From an uncultured bacterium (GTDB taxonomy: Bacteria; CAIWAD01), in assembly GCA_903910645.1 (NCBI GenBank), contig CAIWAD010000124.1, positions 16,445 to 80,444 of the forward strand: a DNA stretch of 64,000 nucleotides. Direction: 5' to 3'. Numbering within the stretch: the first letter of the stretch is position 1; each line of letters begins with the position of its first letter. The notes below the pieces were generated by a model that was not told the DNA's origin, did not search any database, and saw only the letters and a program-made list of their open reading frames with translations. The position numbers and the translations under genes were made by a program. Positions 32,532 through 41,200 of the stretch are shown piece by piece.

Positions 32532-33860
32532 TCAATGTCTGTTCCAATACCTCGTGATGCTGTCGTCCACTGCAGTGGCCCGGTTGGCCCGCACATACTC
32601 GTCGGGGTCCTCCAGACCCGTGACGGACGACTTCAAACTGTCCAGATGGCTCAGCCACAGGAAGCGCCTGGCGTTGGCCTCCTCGTGCGGGCCCTGGACA
32701 TGGCAGCTCATCCAGCAGTCTCCCATGCTGTAGGCAGGGTTGGACAGCGCCACGGCCGTCTGGGGCGTGAAGCGCTGGATGTTGTGGGGACTGGAGTACT
32801 CCCAGGTGGGGAAGGAGGACCAGTTCTGCAGACTGGGCCAGCCCCACTCGCGAAAGCCATCCTTGATCACCGGGATGTGGCGCACGGTGACCCACTCCTC
32901 ATGCTCCACCGGATGGGTGGAAATTGCGCCTGTGTTGCGACCAATGCGGAAGTCAGTGTACTCAGAATACCCCTCGGGGTCTCCACTGTTCCACACGCCG
33001 CCGGAGTGGCAATTCAGGCAGTTGGTGTAGGGCTGGCTGTGGCACACGGTGCAGGACAGGCCCTCTTCCATGGAGCCTTCCCCCGGCCAGTGATAGGCGT
33101 GGAAAAGGTTGTCCTCCGCCGCCAGGCTGTGGCAGTTGGTGCAGCGCGGCATGCCTTCCACTTCATAACGGCTGGTGTAGTCCGTGCGGCCGTCCCCGTG
33201 CAGATTCTCCTGGTGGCAGAAGAAACAGTCGAAGCCCAGCTCATTGTGCACATCGGGGCGATTGCCCTCGTGGTGGCCGTTGTAGTCGTTGCCCACGCGG
33301 CTGCCATGGCAGGCGGTGCAGTTGTTTTCAATGTCAGGCGTGCGCTTGAAGCGATGGCTGTCCAGCAGGCCGCCCTTCACACTGGTGGGACGGGACACAT
33401 GGCATTGGCCGCAGGTGGCGTGGCAGCTGGAACATTCCCGCGCATGGCCTTCCTTGAGCAGCTCGGGACAATCCTCCCAGCTTTCGTAGCCGGCGCGCAG
33501 GGCGATCTTCGCCTTTTCGCCCCACAGCTGGCTGTGCATGGACGTGGCATGCAGGTCCACGATCTGGGCATGGCAACCCGTGCCGTTGCAATTCAGCTCC
33601 GGCTGGGTGCTGGGATCCCGCGTGATGCCCTTCACCGTGGGCTTTTCACGAATGACGCGCCCGTTGCTGGTGTAGCGCACCTCGAACTGGTGGGCCGCCG
33701 CCATGGCCACCCACAAATCATCCCGCGAGCCACTGGCCGCCACCACCTGATCCACGCCGCCGTGGCAGGTGACACATCCCACAGCCGCATGGTTGGGGTC
33801 AACTTCGGCGTAGCTGTCGGCGTCGATGAACACTTTTGCATAAGGCTCCAACGGAGCCAC
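32532..33860 (-). CDS. Multihaem cytochrome c body (8 CxxCH plus CX4CH and CX3CH variants) with no signal peptide of its own
   Basis: Motifs: CVTCH, CNGTGCH, CSSCH, CGQCH, CTACH, CFFCH, CTNCH, CTVCH, CLNCH, CWMSCH. The N-terminus (GTG start) V/MAPLEPYAKVFIDADSYAEVD is acidic and not signal-like. The gene is in the same frame as 33870-34094. Confidence 0.8.
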   Translation of the reverse strand: MAPLEPYAKVFIDADSYAEVDPNHAAVGCVTCHGGVDQVVAASGSRDDLWVAMAAAHQFEVRYTSNGRVIREKPTVKGITRDPSTQPELNCNGTGCHAQIVDLHATSMHSQLWGEKAKIALRAGYESWEDCPELLKEGHARECSSCHATCGQCHVSRPTSVKGGLLDSHRFKRTPDIENNCTACHGSRVGNDYNGHHEGNRPDVHNELGFDCFFCHQENLHGDGRTDYTSRYEVEGMPRCTNCHSLAAEDNLFHAYHWPGEGSMEEGLSCTVCHSQPYTNCLNCHSGGVWNSGDPEGYSEYTDFRIGRNTGAISTHPVEHEEWVTVRHIPVIKDGFREWGWPSLQNWSSFPTWEYSSPHNIQRFTPQTAVALSNPAYSMGDCWMSCHVQGPHEEANARRFLWLSHLDSLKSSVTGLEDPDEYVRANRATAVDDSITRYWNRH

Positions 33861-33869
33861 GGCGCCGCC

Positions 33870-34094
33870 TCAGCCACCACCCGCGCTTTCACTGGCCGCC
33901 TCTTCCACCGCCAACAGACGCAGATAGTCCCGGTTGGTGTGGCAGCTCTCGCAGCTAAGGGTCACCGCGTCGCCCGACGAGGCGGGATCCGCGGTGATGG
34001 GGTCGATGCGTTCGCACCCCTGCTGCAAGGCGGCAAAGAGGCTCCCCCACAACAGAAGGCGCCACCATGCCTGTGAAAATGCGCTTGTCGTCAT
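33870..34094 (-). CDS. Short signal-peptide/lipoprotein-like ORF with one CxxCH; probably the N-terminus of the 32532-33860 cytochrome, interrupted by an in-frame TGA
   Basis: MTTSAFSQAWWRLLLWGSLFAALQQGC...LSCESCH...ESAGGG, then TGA at 33872-33870. It is in frame (234 nt, or 78 codons, between the two starts) with the next ORF. Confidence 0.55.
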   Translation of the reverse strand: MTTSAFSQAWWRLLLWGSLFAALQQGCERIDPITADPASSGDAVTLSCESCHTNRDYLRLLAVEEAASESAGGG

Positions 34095-34349
34095 GACATC
34101 GTCCCGATGTTAGGTCCTTGACACAGCCTCAAGTGGCTGAGCGCGTGCGCGAAAGGGGCTTTCGTTTTCACAATCAAGGACTTGCGCTTTCGTTGATCCG
34201 CCAGCACAGCAAATCAGGTCTCACGACTGAACCACTCGCGGCGACTCAAATCAGGTTCAGATCCTAAACTGTTAGCACTTTGACAATATAGGCGGCGAAG
34301 GCGCAGAGTCAAGCCTGCGGGGGAGGCAAAAGTTGGCCCCTCTTCCTCT
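34095..34349 (-). promoter_or_regulatory. Relatively AT-rich leader/promoter region of the cytochrome operon, containing direct and inverted repeats
   Basis: GCTTTCGTT at 34158-34166 and 34186-34194. CAAATCAGGT at 34210-34219 and 34247-34256. Inverted repeat CTGAACC (34226-34232) with GGTTCAG (34254-34260). No coding ORF here is supported. Confidence 0.45.
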
Positions 34350-36557
34350 TTACTGGATGCGAATCCTGGAGCTGGACACGCTTTCGTTGCCCAGGCGATC
34401 CCGCACGCGCAGCTCGAGATCGTGGACTCCCGCCGGCAGCCGTTGGTCAAGGGGAAAACGAGCCAAGTGGGTGTCTGGCTCGTAGGGTGGATAGAATCGG
34501 CGTCCCGCCAGGCGCAGCTCCACATCGGCGATGCCGGAGGGATCCCCGCCCACGTCCCAGACCAGGACAGCGTTGTCTGCATAGAATTCCGCCGGAACGG
34601 TCCGCCACCGGGCGCGACGGCCCTTGCCCTTGCGTTTCACCTTGATGGGCGGCGCTTTGCGCAGGGAGATGCCAGGTCCATGCGTGTCGGCATGCAGGAC
34701 ATAGCTGCCAGCCTTCCCCACCATGACTTTCAGGCGATCGCCGTCCCTGCGCCCACCAATCAGGGCGATGGGGCCGCCACCAGCGCCCGCCTGGAACAGG
34801 GCCACCTTGTCACGCAGGTGCTCTGGAAAAGTGGAAAGGCTGATCTCCAGCTCCAGGTCCATCTCCAATTGGAGGTCCGAAGGGCCCAGGGTGAAGACCC
34901 GGCCATCCTTGCCGCGCTTGAAGGAGAGAAAGCTGAAATCCTCCACGGTGCGGCGCTGGCTGTAGACCACCACGGCGGGATCCTGCCTGGCATCGCGCCA
35001 GACCTGTTCCCGGCCGGGGTCCAGCCACCACCCGTCCAGGCGCAAACCCGGTGAGGCGGGAAGATTGGCCACGCGCAGCTCGCCCTTGGTCTGGGGAGGC
35101 AGGATCCACTCCCAGCCCCTGGCCCTCAGCTGGCCCCAGACGGACAGCGTGTCGCCATCCGCCACCAGCACGGGCCTAAGTTCCGCGGCGTGGGCGGGCA
35201 AAGGGGCCAGACGCACATGGAAGCCGTCGGCCAGGGTGAAGCGACTCCATTCCGGATCCGGCGCAGGGGCCGGTCTGGGCACCCGGCTGTTCTTCCTGCG
35301 CCCCTTGGTTCGCCTGGCCTTGGCGGGTTTTGGACTGGGTGCCGCCGTGGCCTTCAGCTCCGCCACCGCCATGCTGTCCAGGGGAGCGAAAGCGGCCGTG
35401 GGCGGGCTTGCGGGCAACAGGCGCAGCACCAGATCCAGCCGGCTCAAATTCAGGTTCTCGTCGCGCACCAGGATCTGAAGTCTGCGCAGGGGCTTTCCAT
35501 TCACAGGCCGCAGACGGCCGCGCCAGCCCTCCTCATCCACCGGACCGCTCCACAGATCCAGGGGGCCGCCGCGATTCCACAGCCGCAGCCAGGGATCACC
35601 GCTCATGTGCTGCAGCCAGCGCTGGTAAATGCGACCGCTGTGGTCGTTCCAGGCCAGGGGGAACGCATCCAGCCGCTGGCGGAAGAGTGTGTCGCCCTCC
35701 TCCACCACCTCCACCTGCCAGGGAATGGGCGCCGCACCATTGTCGGGAAGACGCTCCAGGGCGTGCAGGGCCAGGGCCACCGGACCGCGGCATGCCAGCG
35801 TATCCATCACGCGCCACTGGCTGCTTCCCCCATCCTGTGGTTTCAGGCGCATGGGAAGCAAACCGCCCTCCACCATGGCGCCAGCCTCAAGTGGAAGCAG
35901 GGCCAATCCCAAAATGCGCGGCGGAAGCCTGTCTTCCAGACGCAATCCATGGCGTCGTGGATTGAAGCACAGGTCCTCTTCGGCGGCCCGCAGCTCGTAG
36001 TGCAGGTGGGGCGGCCCATTGCCCGTGTCGCCACTTAGGCCAATGACCTCGCCGCGCTGCACGGGAAACTCCCCTGTGGCGAAGTGCAGCACATGCACAT
36101 AGCGGCCACTGTCCTGACGGGCCTGCTCCAGCCTGATTGCCAGATCGTCACGGAAAGCACTCAGGTGGGCGAAGAGGTGGCGGCGGCCCAGGGAGTCCGT
36201 CACCATGAGCTGGAGGCCATAGCCGGTGTAATCCGCCGCAAGCCGGGAAATCCAGCCTCCCGCCGGTGACAGCACGGGCATGCCCTTCTCGCGGTTGGTG
36301 CTGAAATCGATGCCCGCGTGGAGACGCAGGGCGCGGGGCTCGCCAAAGCCGGATGTGAAGCGCGTGGATTCGCCCAGCAAGGGTCCAATGGGCGCCACGG
36401 GCAATGTGTTTCGCGATGCGCTGTTGGCGCGGCTGGGTTCTTTCAGGAGCGGCCAGGCCAAGAGAATGGCGACCAGCGCGGACAGCAGGAAGGTCCTCAA
36501 CAGGCGTCGGTGGAAGCCCCCCGCCCGCAATCCGACAGGACGGCTCACGGCCGGCAA
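34350..36557 (-). CDS. Large M23-family (LytM-type) peptidase domain protein
   Basis: LHAGIDFS and LSGDTGNGPPHLHYELR are M23 Zn-ligand motifs. There is an N-terminal TM segment and a long beta-rich C-terminal region. Confidence 0.8.
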   Translation of the reverse strand: MPAVSRPVGLRAGGFHRRLLRTFLLSALVAILLAWPLLKEPSRANSASRNTLPVAPIGPLLGESTRFTSGFGEPRALRLHAGIDFSTNREKGMPVLSPAGGWISRLAADYTGYGLQLMVTDSLGRRHLFAHLSAFRDDLAIRLEQARQDSGRYVHVLHFATGEFPVQRGEVIGLSGDTGNGPPHLHYELRAAEEDLCFNPRRHGLRLEDRLPPRILGLALLPLEAGAMVEGGLLPMRLKPQDGGSSQWRVMDTLACRGPVALALHALERLPDNGAAPIPWQVEVVEEGDTLFRQRLDAFPLAWNDHSGRIYQRWLQHMSGDPWLRLWNRGGPLDLWSGPVDEEGWRGRLRPVNGKPLRRLQILVRDENLNLSRLDLVLRLLPASPPTAAFAPLDSMAVAELKATAAPSPKPAKARRTKGRRKNSRVPRPAPAPDPEWSRFTLADGFHVRLAPLPAHAAELRPVLVADGDTLSVWGQLRARGWEWILPPQTKGELRVANLPASPGLRLDGWWLDPGREQVWRDARQDPAVVVYSQRRTVEDFSFLSFKRGKDGRVFTLGPSDLQLEMDLELEISLSTFPEHLRDKVALFQAGAGGGPIALIGGRRDGDRLKVMVGKAGSYVLHADTHGPGISLRKAPPIKVKRKGKGRRARWRTVPAEFYADNAVLVWDVGGDPSGIADVELRLAGRRFYPPYEPDTHLARFPLDQRLPAGVHDLELRVRDRLGNESVSSSRIRIQ

Positions 36558-37003
36558 CGCTCCAGCATGCGCTTGGCGCGAGGTGCACTGGCGCCTGCGG
36601 GAAAGCGGCCCAACAGGGCGCGGGCCTCGGAACAGGCACGATCCCGCTCACCCAGATTCTGCCAGCACAGGGCCAATTTCAGGCGGGCATCCTCTTCCTT
36701 GTTGGACTCCTCGTGCTCCAGCACTTTCAGGAAGCAACCAAGGGCATCCTGCCAGGCCTCGCGGGCATAGTGGGACTCGCCAAGCCAGTAGTAGCAGTTG
36801 TCCTGCAAGTCGGCGGGCAGGGAGGCGTCCTGCAAGAGACTCTCAAAAGACTTGCGGGCGCGATCGTTCCGGTGGGCATCGAAATCCGCCACCGCCTGCT
36901 CATAGCGGGCCAAGGCCGTGTTTCCCTTCACGGCGGGCGTGGCGGCATGGGATTCCACCATCAACATGGCGGCAATCGATAGGAGGAGCACATGGTGACG
37001 CAT
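36545..37003 (-). CDS. TPR-repeat periplasmic protein (CpoB/YbgF-like)
   Basis: I chose the ATG at 37003 (MRHHVLLLSIAAMLMVESHA). TPR-like segments: YEQAVADFDAHRNDRARKSFESLL and NCYYWLGESHYAREAWQDALGCFLKVL. Confidence 0.6.
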   Translation of the reverse strand: MRHHVLLLSIAAMLMVESHAATPAVKGNTALARYEQAVADFDAHRNDRARKSFESLLQDASLPADLQDNCYYWLGESHYAREAWQDALGCFLKVLEHEESNKEEDARLKLALCWQNLGERDRACSEARALLGRFPAGASAPRAKRMLERCRP

Positions 37004-37570
37004 GGGTTCAACCAAAGGAAGCCGGGGCTCATCCGCAAGCTGAAATGCCTGCTTTTGCTTCCAATGCTGGGCCTGGGCTGCGTGTATTCCATCCAGCCCT
37101 GGCACCGGGCGGGCACCGGCGGCGGGGATCCGGCCCTGCTGGGCGTGTGGGTGGAGGTGGACAAAAGCAACACCTGGGTCTTCACCCAACAGGGGGATTC
37201 GCTCTCCGTGCTCTACCAGGCGGACAAAGAGCTGGCGCGCTTCAACGGGGCCAGTTTCACCAGCGGCGCCTGGTCATTCCTGGATCTGTGCCCGGCGGAC
37301 GGCTCCTGTGGAGAAGGGGTGGCGGCGTGGTACCTGTTGCCCTTGCATGGATTGCATCGCTGGGAGATGCGGGGCGACACCTTGCTGCTGGCATCGTTGA
37401 AGGCCCAGGCGCTGGACAGCCTGATGAGCGGAGTGGACCATCCGCCGCTGGACCGCGGCAGCGACCGCTGGGTGTTCACGGGAAACCGTGAAGAGATGGC
37501 GGCTTTCCTGGATCGCCACCTGCTGGACTTGGGTCTCTACGACAGTCCAACGGTGCTGGTGAGGCCCTGA
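36992..37570 (+). CDS. Hypothetical lipoprotein (start uncertain)
   Basis: LLLLPMLGLGC is a lipobox-like sequence. No motif recognised. The 5' end as listed overlaps the divergent gene start, so the true start is probably internal. Confidence 0.4.
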   Translation: MVTHGFNQRKPGLIRKLKCLLLLPMLGLGCVYSIQPWHRAGTGGGDPALLGVWVEVDKSNTWVFTQQGDSLSVLYQADKELARFNGASFTSGAWSFLDLCPADGSCGEGVAAWYLLPLHGLHRWEMRGDTLLLASLKAQALDSLMSGVDHPPLDRGSDRWVFTGNREEMAAFLDRHLLDLGLYDSPTVLVRP

Positions 37571-37574
37571 GGAG

Positions 37575-38198
37575 TCAGCGACTGCCTTCCAACTCCAGCA
37601 GCGCCTGCTTTCGCGGCAGACCTCCGGCATAGCCCACCAGTGTCCCCGAGGCGCCCACAACCCGATGGCAGGGCACCACCAGGGCCACGCGATTGCGCCC
37701 GTTGGCGCCGGCCACGGCCCGGGAAGCGGTGGGTTGGCCCACCTTGTCCGCCAGTTGGGCGTAACTGATGGTGGTCCCCAGGGGAATACGGCGCAGCTCC
37801 GCCCACACCTTCTCCTCAAAAGGCGTGCCGGGAAGGCAGAGGGGCACGGAAAAGCCCTTTCCCTGGCCGGCGAAGTAGGAAGCCAGCTCCTTCTCCAATT
37901 GGGCGATCAACGGGTGGGTGGAGGCCTGGAAAGCGGCATCCATGCGGCGCACAAGCGTGGCCAGCTGGCCTTCCAGGTTGTGGCGTCCATGGAACTCCAG
38001 GAGACAGACGCCCTGGTCCACGGCGCCCGCCAGAAGCGGTCCCATGGGACTGGACAGGCAGCACAAGTGGATTGTGGTGGCAGGTGAGGCGGGAGCGGAA
38101 ATGGCCTCCACAGTGGCCTGGAAGGGGCCAAGGGCGCGGAAGTCCGCGCGGAATTGGTTTGCCAAGGGGATCCTCCTTTGCCCGTAGGGACACGACAT
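37575..38198 (-). CDS. ogt: Methylated-DNA--protein-cysteine methyltransferase (Ogt/MGMT)
   Basis: IPLGTTISYAQLA...RAVAGANGRNRVALVVPCHRVVGASG contains the PCHR active site. The N-terminus is uncertain because the listed ATG sits at the centre of a 28-bp palindrome. Confidence 0.85.
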   Translation of the reverse strand: MSCPYGQRRIPLANQFRADFRALGPFQATVEAISAPASPATTIHLCCLSSPMGPLLAGAVDQGVCLLEFHGRHNLEGQLATLVRRMDAAFQASTHPLIAQLEKELASYFAGQGKGFSVPLCLPGTPFEEKVWAELRRIPLGTTISYAQLADKVGQPTASRAVAGANGRNRVALVVPCHRVVGASGTLVGYAGGLPRKQALLELEGSR

Positions 38199-38211
38199 GT
38201 CGTGTCCCTAC
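38184..38211. repeat. Perfect 28-bp palindrome GTAGGGACACGACA|TGTCGTGTCCCTAC at the icmF-stop/ogt-start junction
   Basis: Read directly: the reverse complement of 38184-38197 equals 38198-38211. It spans the icmF TAG (38208-38210) and the listed ogt ATG (38196-38198). Confidence 0.9.
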
Positions 38212-41200
38212 ATGTTGCGCCGATACTGCCCGCCCACCTCGAAGAGCGCCCGCGTGATCTGCCCCAGGCTGGCCACCCGCACAGTCTCCATCAGTTCCGC
38301 GAAAAGGTTGCCCCCCTCCGCCGCCACGCATCGCAAGCGCGCCAGCGCCTCCGGTGTCTGCGCGGCATGCCGCGCCTGGAAGTCGCGCAGGCGGGTCACC
38401 TGCAGCTGCTTCTCCTCGTCCGTGGCCCGGGCCAGCTCCAGGTGTTCGGGCACATCCGATCCCCCCGGACGCAGGAAGCTGTTCACGCCCATGATGGGCA
38501 GCTCGCCGGACTGCTTCTTCAGCTCGTAGAGCATGGACTCTTCCTGGATGCGGCCGCGCTGGTACTGCGTCTCCATGGCGCCCAGCACGCCGCCGCGCTC
38601 GCTCAGGCGCACGAACTCCGCCAGCACCGCCTCCTCCACCAGCTCCGTCAACTCGTCCATGATGAACGAGCCCTGCAGGGGGTTCTCATTCTTCGTCACG
38701 CCGAATTCGTGGCTCACGATGAGCTGGATGGCCAGGGCACGGCGCACGCTCTCTTCCGTGGGCGTGGTCACCGCTTCGTCGTAGGCGTTGGTGTGCAGGC
38801 TGTTGCAGTTGTCGTAGATGGCCAGCAGGGCCTGCAGTGTGGTGCGGATGTCGTTGAAGTCCATCTCCTGGGCGTGCAGGCTGCGACCGCTGGTCTGGAT
38901 GTGGTACTTCAGCTTCTGGCTGCGCTCGTCCCCATGGTACAGGTCGCGCATGGCCACCGCCCAGATGCGTCGGGCCACGCGCCCGATGACGCTGTACTCC
39001 GGATCCAGCCCATTGCTGAAGAAGAAGGAGAGGTTGGGCGCGAAGTCGTCAATGCGCATGCCCCGGCTCAGGTAGTACTCCACATAAGTGAAGCCGTTGG
39101 CCAGGGTGAAGGCCAGCTGCGAGATGGGGTTGGCCCCCGCCTCGGCGATGTGGTAGCCGCTGATGGACACGCTGTAGTAGTTGCGCACGCGGTTGGAAAT
39201 GAACCACTCCTGGATGTCGCCCATGAGCTTCAGCGCGAACTCCGTGGAGAAGATGCAGGTGTTCTGCGCCTGGTCCTCCTTCAGGATGTCCGCCTGCACC
39301 GTGCCGCGCACGGCGGAGAGCGTGGTCGCGCGCAGCTCCCCCGCCTCCACGGCACTGGGATCGCGGCCCTCCCGCTGGCGGAACGCATCCAGGGCGAAGT
39401 CCACCGCCGTGTTCAGGTACATGGCCAGAATCATGGGGGCCGGCCCGTTGATGGTCATGCTCACGCTGGTGGTAGGGCTGCTCAGATCAAAGCCGTCATA
39501 GAGCCGCTTCATGTCGTCCAGGGTGCAGATGCTCACGCCGCTCTCGCCCACCTTTCCGAAGATGTCCGGGCGCTCCTCCGGGTCCTCGCCGTAGAGGGTC
39601 ACGCTGTCGAAAGCGGTGGAGAGCCGTTTGGCCGCGCTGTCCCTGGACAGGTAGTGGAAGCGGCGGTTGGTGCGCTCCGGCGGTCCCTCGCCGGCGAACT
39701 GCCGCGTGGGGTCCTCGCCCTGGCGCTTGAAGGGGAAGACCCCGGCCGTGTAGGGGAAGAATCCCGGCAGGTTCTCCAGCGCCACGAAGCGGTAGAGATC
39801 CCCCACATCCCCAAAGCGCGGCAGAGCCACCCGTGGAATGGCCGACCCGGACAGGCTGGTGCGCGTCAGCTCCTGACGATGCACCTGGCCGCGCACCGTG
39901 TATTCGTAGAACTCGCCCGTGTAACAGGCCGCCGTGGCCTGATAGGCCTCCAGCGCGGACAGGGCCCCCGCATGCAGGGCCAGGGCCAACTCCCGCCGCT
40001 TCGCCTCCAGGAGATCCGCCGCCTCGCACGGGCCCAATTCAGACACCGCGGTGGCCAGGTGGGCGCAACGGCTCAGGCGGTCGGCATCCTGGCGCACGCG
40101 GGTCTTGTAGTCTCGCACGGTGCGTGAGATTTCCGCCAGGTAACCCACGCGGTCTTCCGGTATCAACTGCCGGCGCAGCACGCGGTTGTCCGCGGCCAGC
40201 GGCGTGGTGGCGAAACCGCCGCCGAAGCGCGCCTCCAGCGCCTGCATGAAGCGGTCGAAGAACCAGTTGGTACCGTTGCAGTCGAAGCGGCTGGCCACCG
40301 TGCCGAACACGGGCAGCTCCTCGTCGGGCACATCCCAGGAGATGCCGCGGGCCCGGCGCACTTGCCGCCGCACATCGCGCAGGGCGTCCTCGCTGCCGCG
40401 CTTCTCGTACTTGTTGAGCACCACCATGTCGGCATAGTCCAGCATGTCGATCTTCTCGAGTTGGCTGGCCGCGCCATACTCGGCGGTCATGGCGTAGATG
40501 CTGAAGTCCGCCAGGTCCACCACCGCGCTGCTGCCCTGACCGATGCCGCTGGTCTCCAGCAGGATGAGGTCGAAGCCCGCCACCTTCAGCAGGGCCACGC
40601 TGTCCGCCGTGGCGGCGCTGAGCTCGCTGCCGCTCTGCCGGGTGGCCAGACTGCGCAGGAAGACCTTCTCGCCGCTCAGGCTGTTCACGCGGATGCGGTC
40701 ACCCAACAGGGCGCCGCCGCTCTTGCGCTTGGTGGGATCCACACTCACCACCGCCGCGCTCTTGCCCGGATGCACCGCCTGGAAGCGGCGCAGGATCTCA
40801 TCGGTCAGGCTACTCTTGCCGGCGCCCCCCGTCCCCGTGATGCCCACCACCGGGGCTCCGCCGGCGCGGCCCATTTCCAGCAACTCGTGCAGCGCCGCTG
40901 GGGCCTGGGCTCCGGCGGCCTTGCGCTCGCACCAGGTAAGGGCGCGACCCAGCGCCATTTCTTGGCGGGCCAGCACACCGGCCTTCAAATCGTCCAGGGG
41001 AAGCTGGGAAGGATCGAAGTCGCTGGCGTTCAAAGCCAGCTGAATCATGCCCTCCAGGCCCAGCTCCGCACCGTCCTGGGGGCTGAAGATGCGATCGATG
41101 CCCGCGGCGTGCAGCTCCTCGATCTCATCCCGCACAATCACGCCGCCGCCGCCGCCAAAGATCTTCACATGGCCCGCGCCTCGCTCAGCCAACAGCTCCT

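Noticed and set aside
33867-33872. Genome-wide UGA reassignment (UGA=Gly or Trp), suggested by the GGG-TGA-GGA context.
   Set aside because: Many well-supported genes in this window terminate at TGA, including all the ATGA junctions. Only local recoding, a sequencing error or a pseudogene remain as explanations.
38197-38529. Plus-strand ORF beginning MSCPYMLRRY.
   Set aside because: Its start is a mirror image created by the 28-bp palindrome, and the rest is antisense to icmF with no motif.
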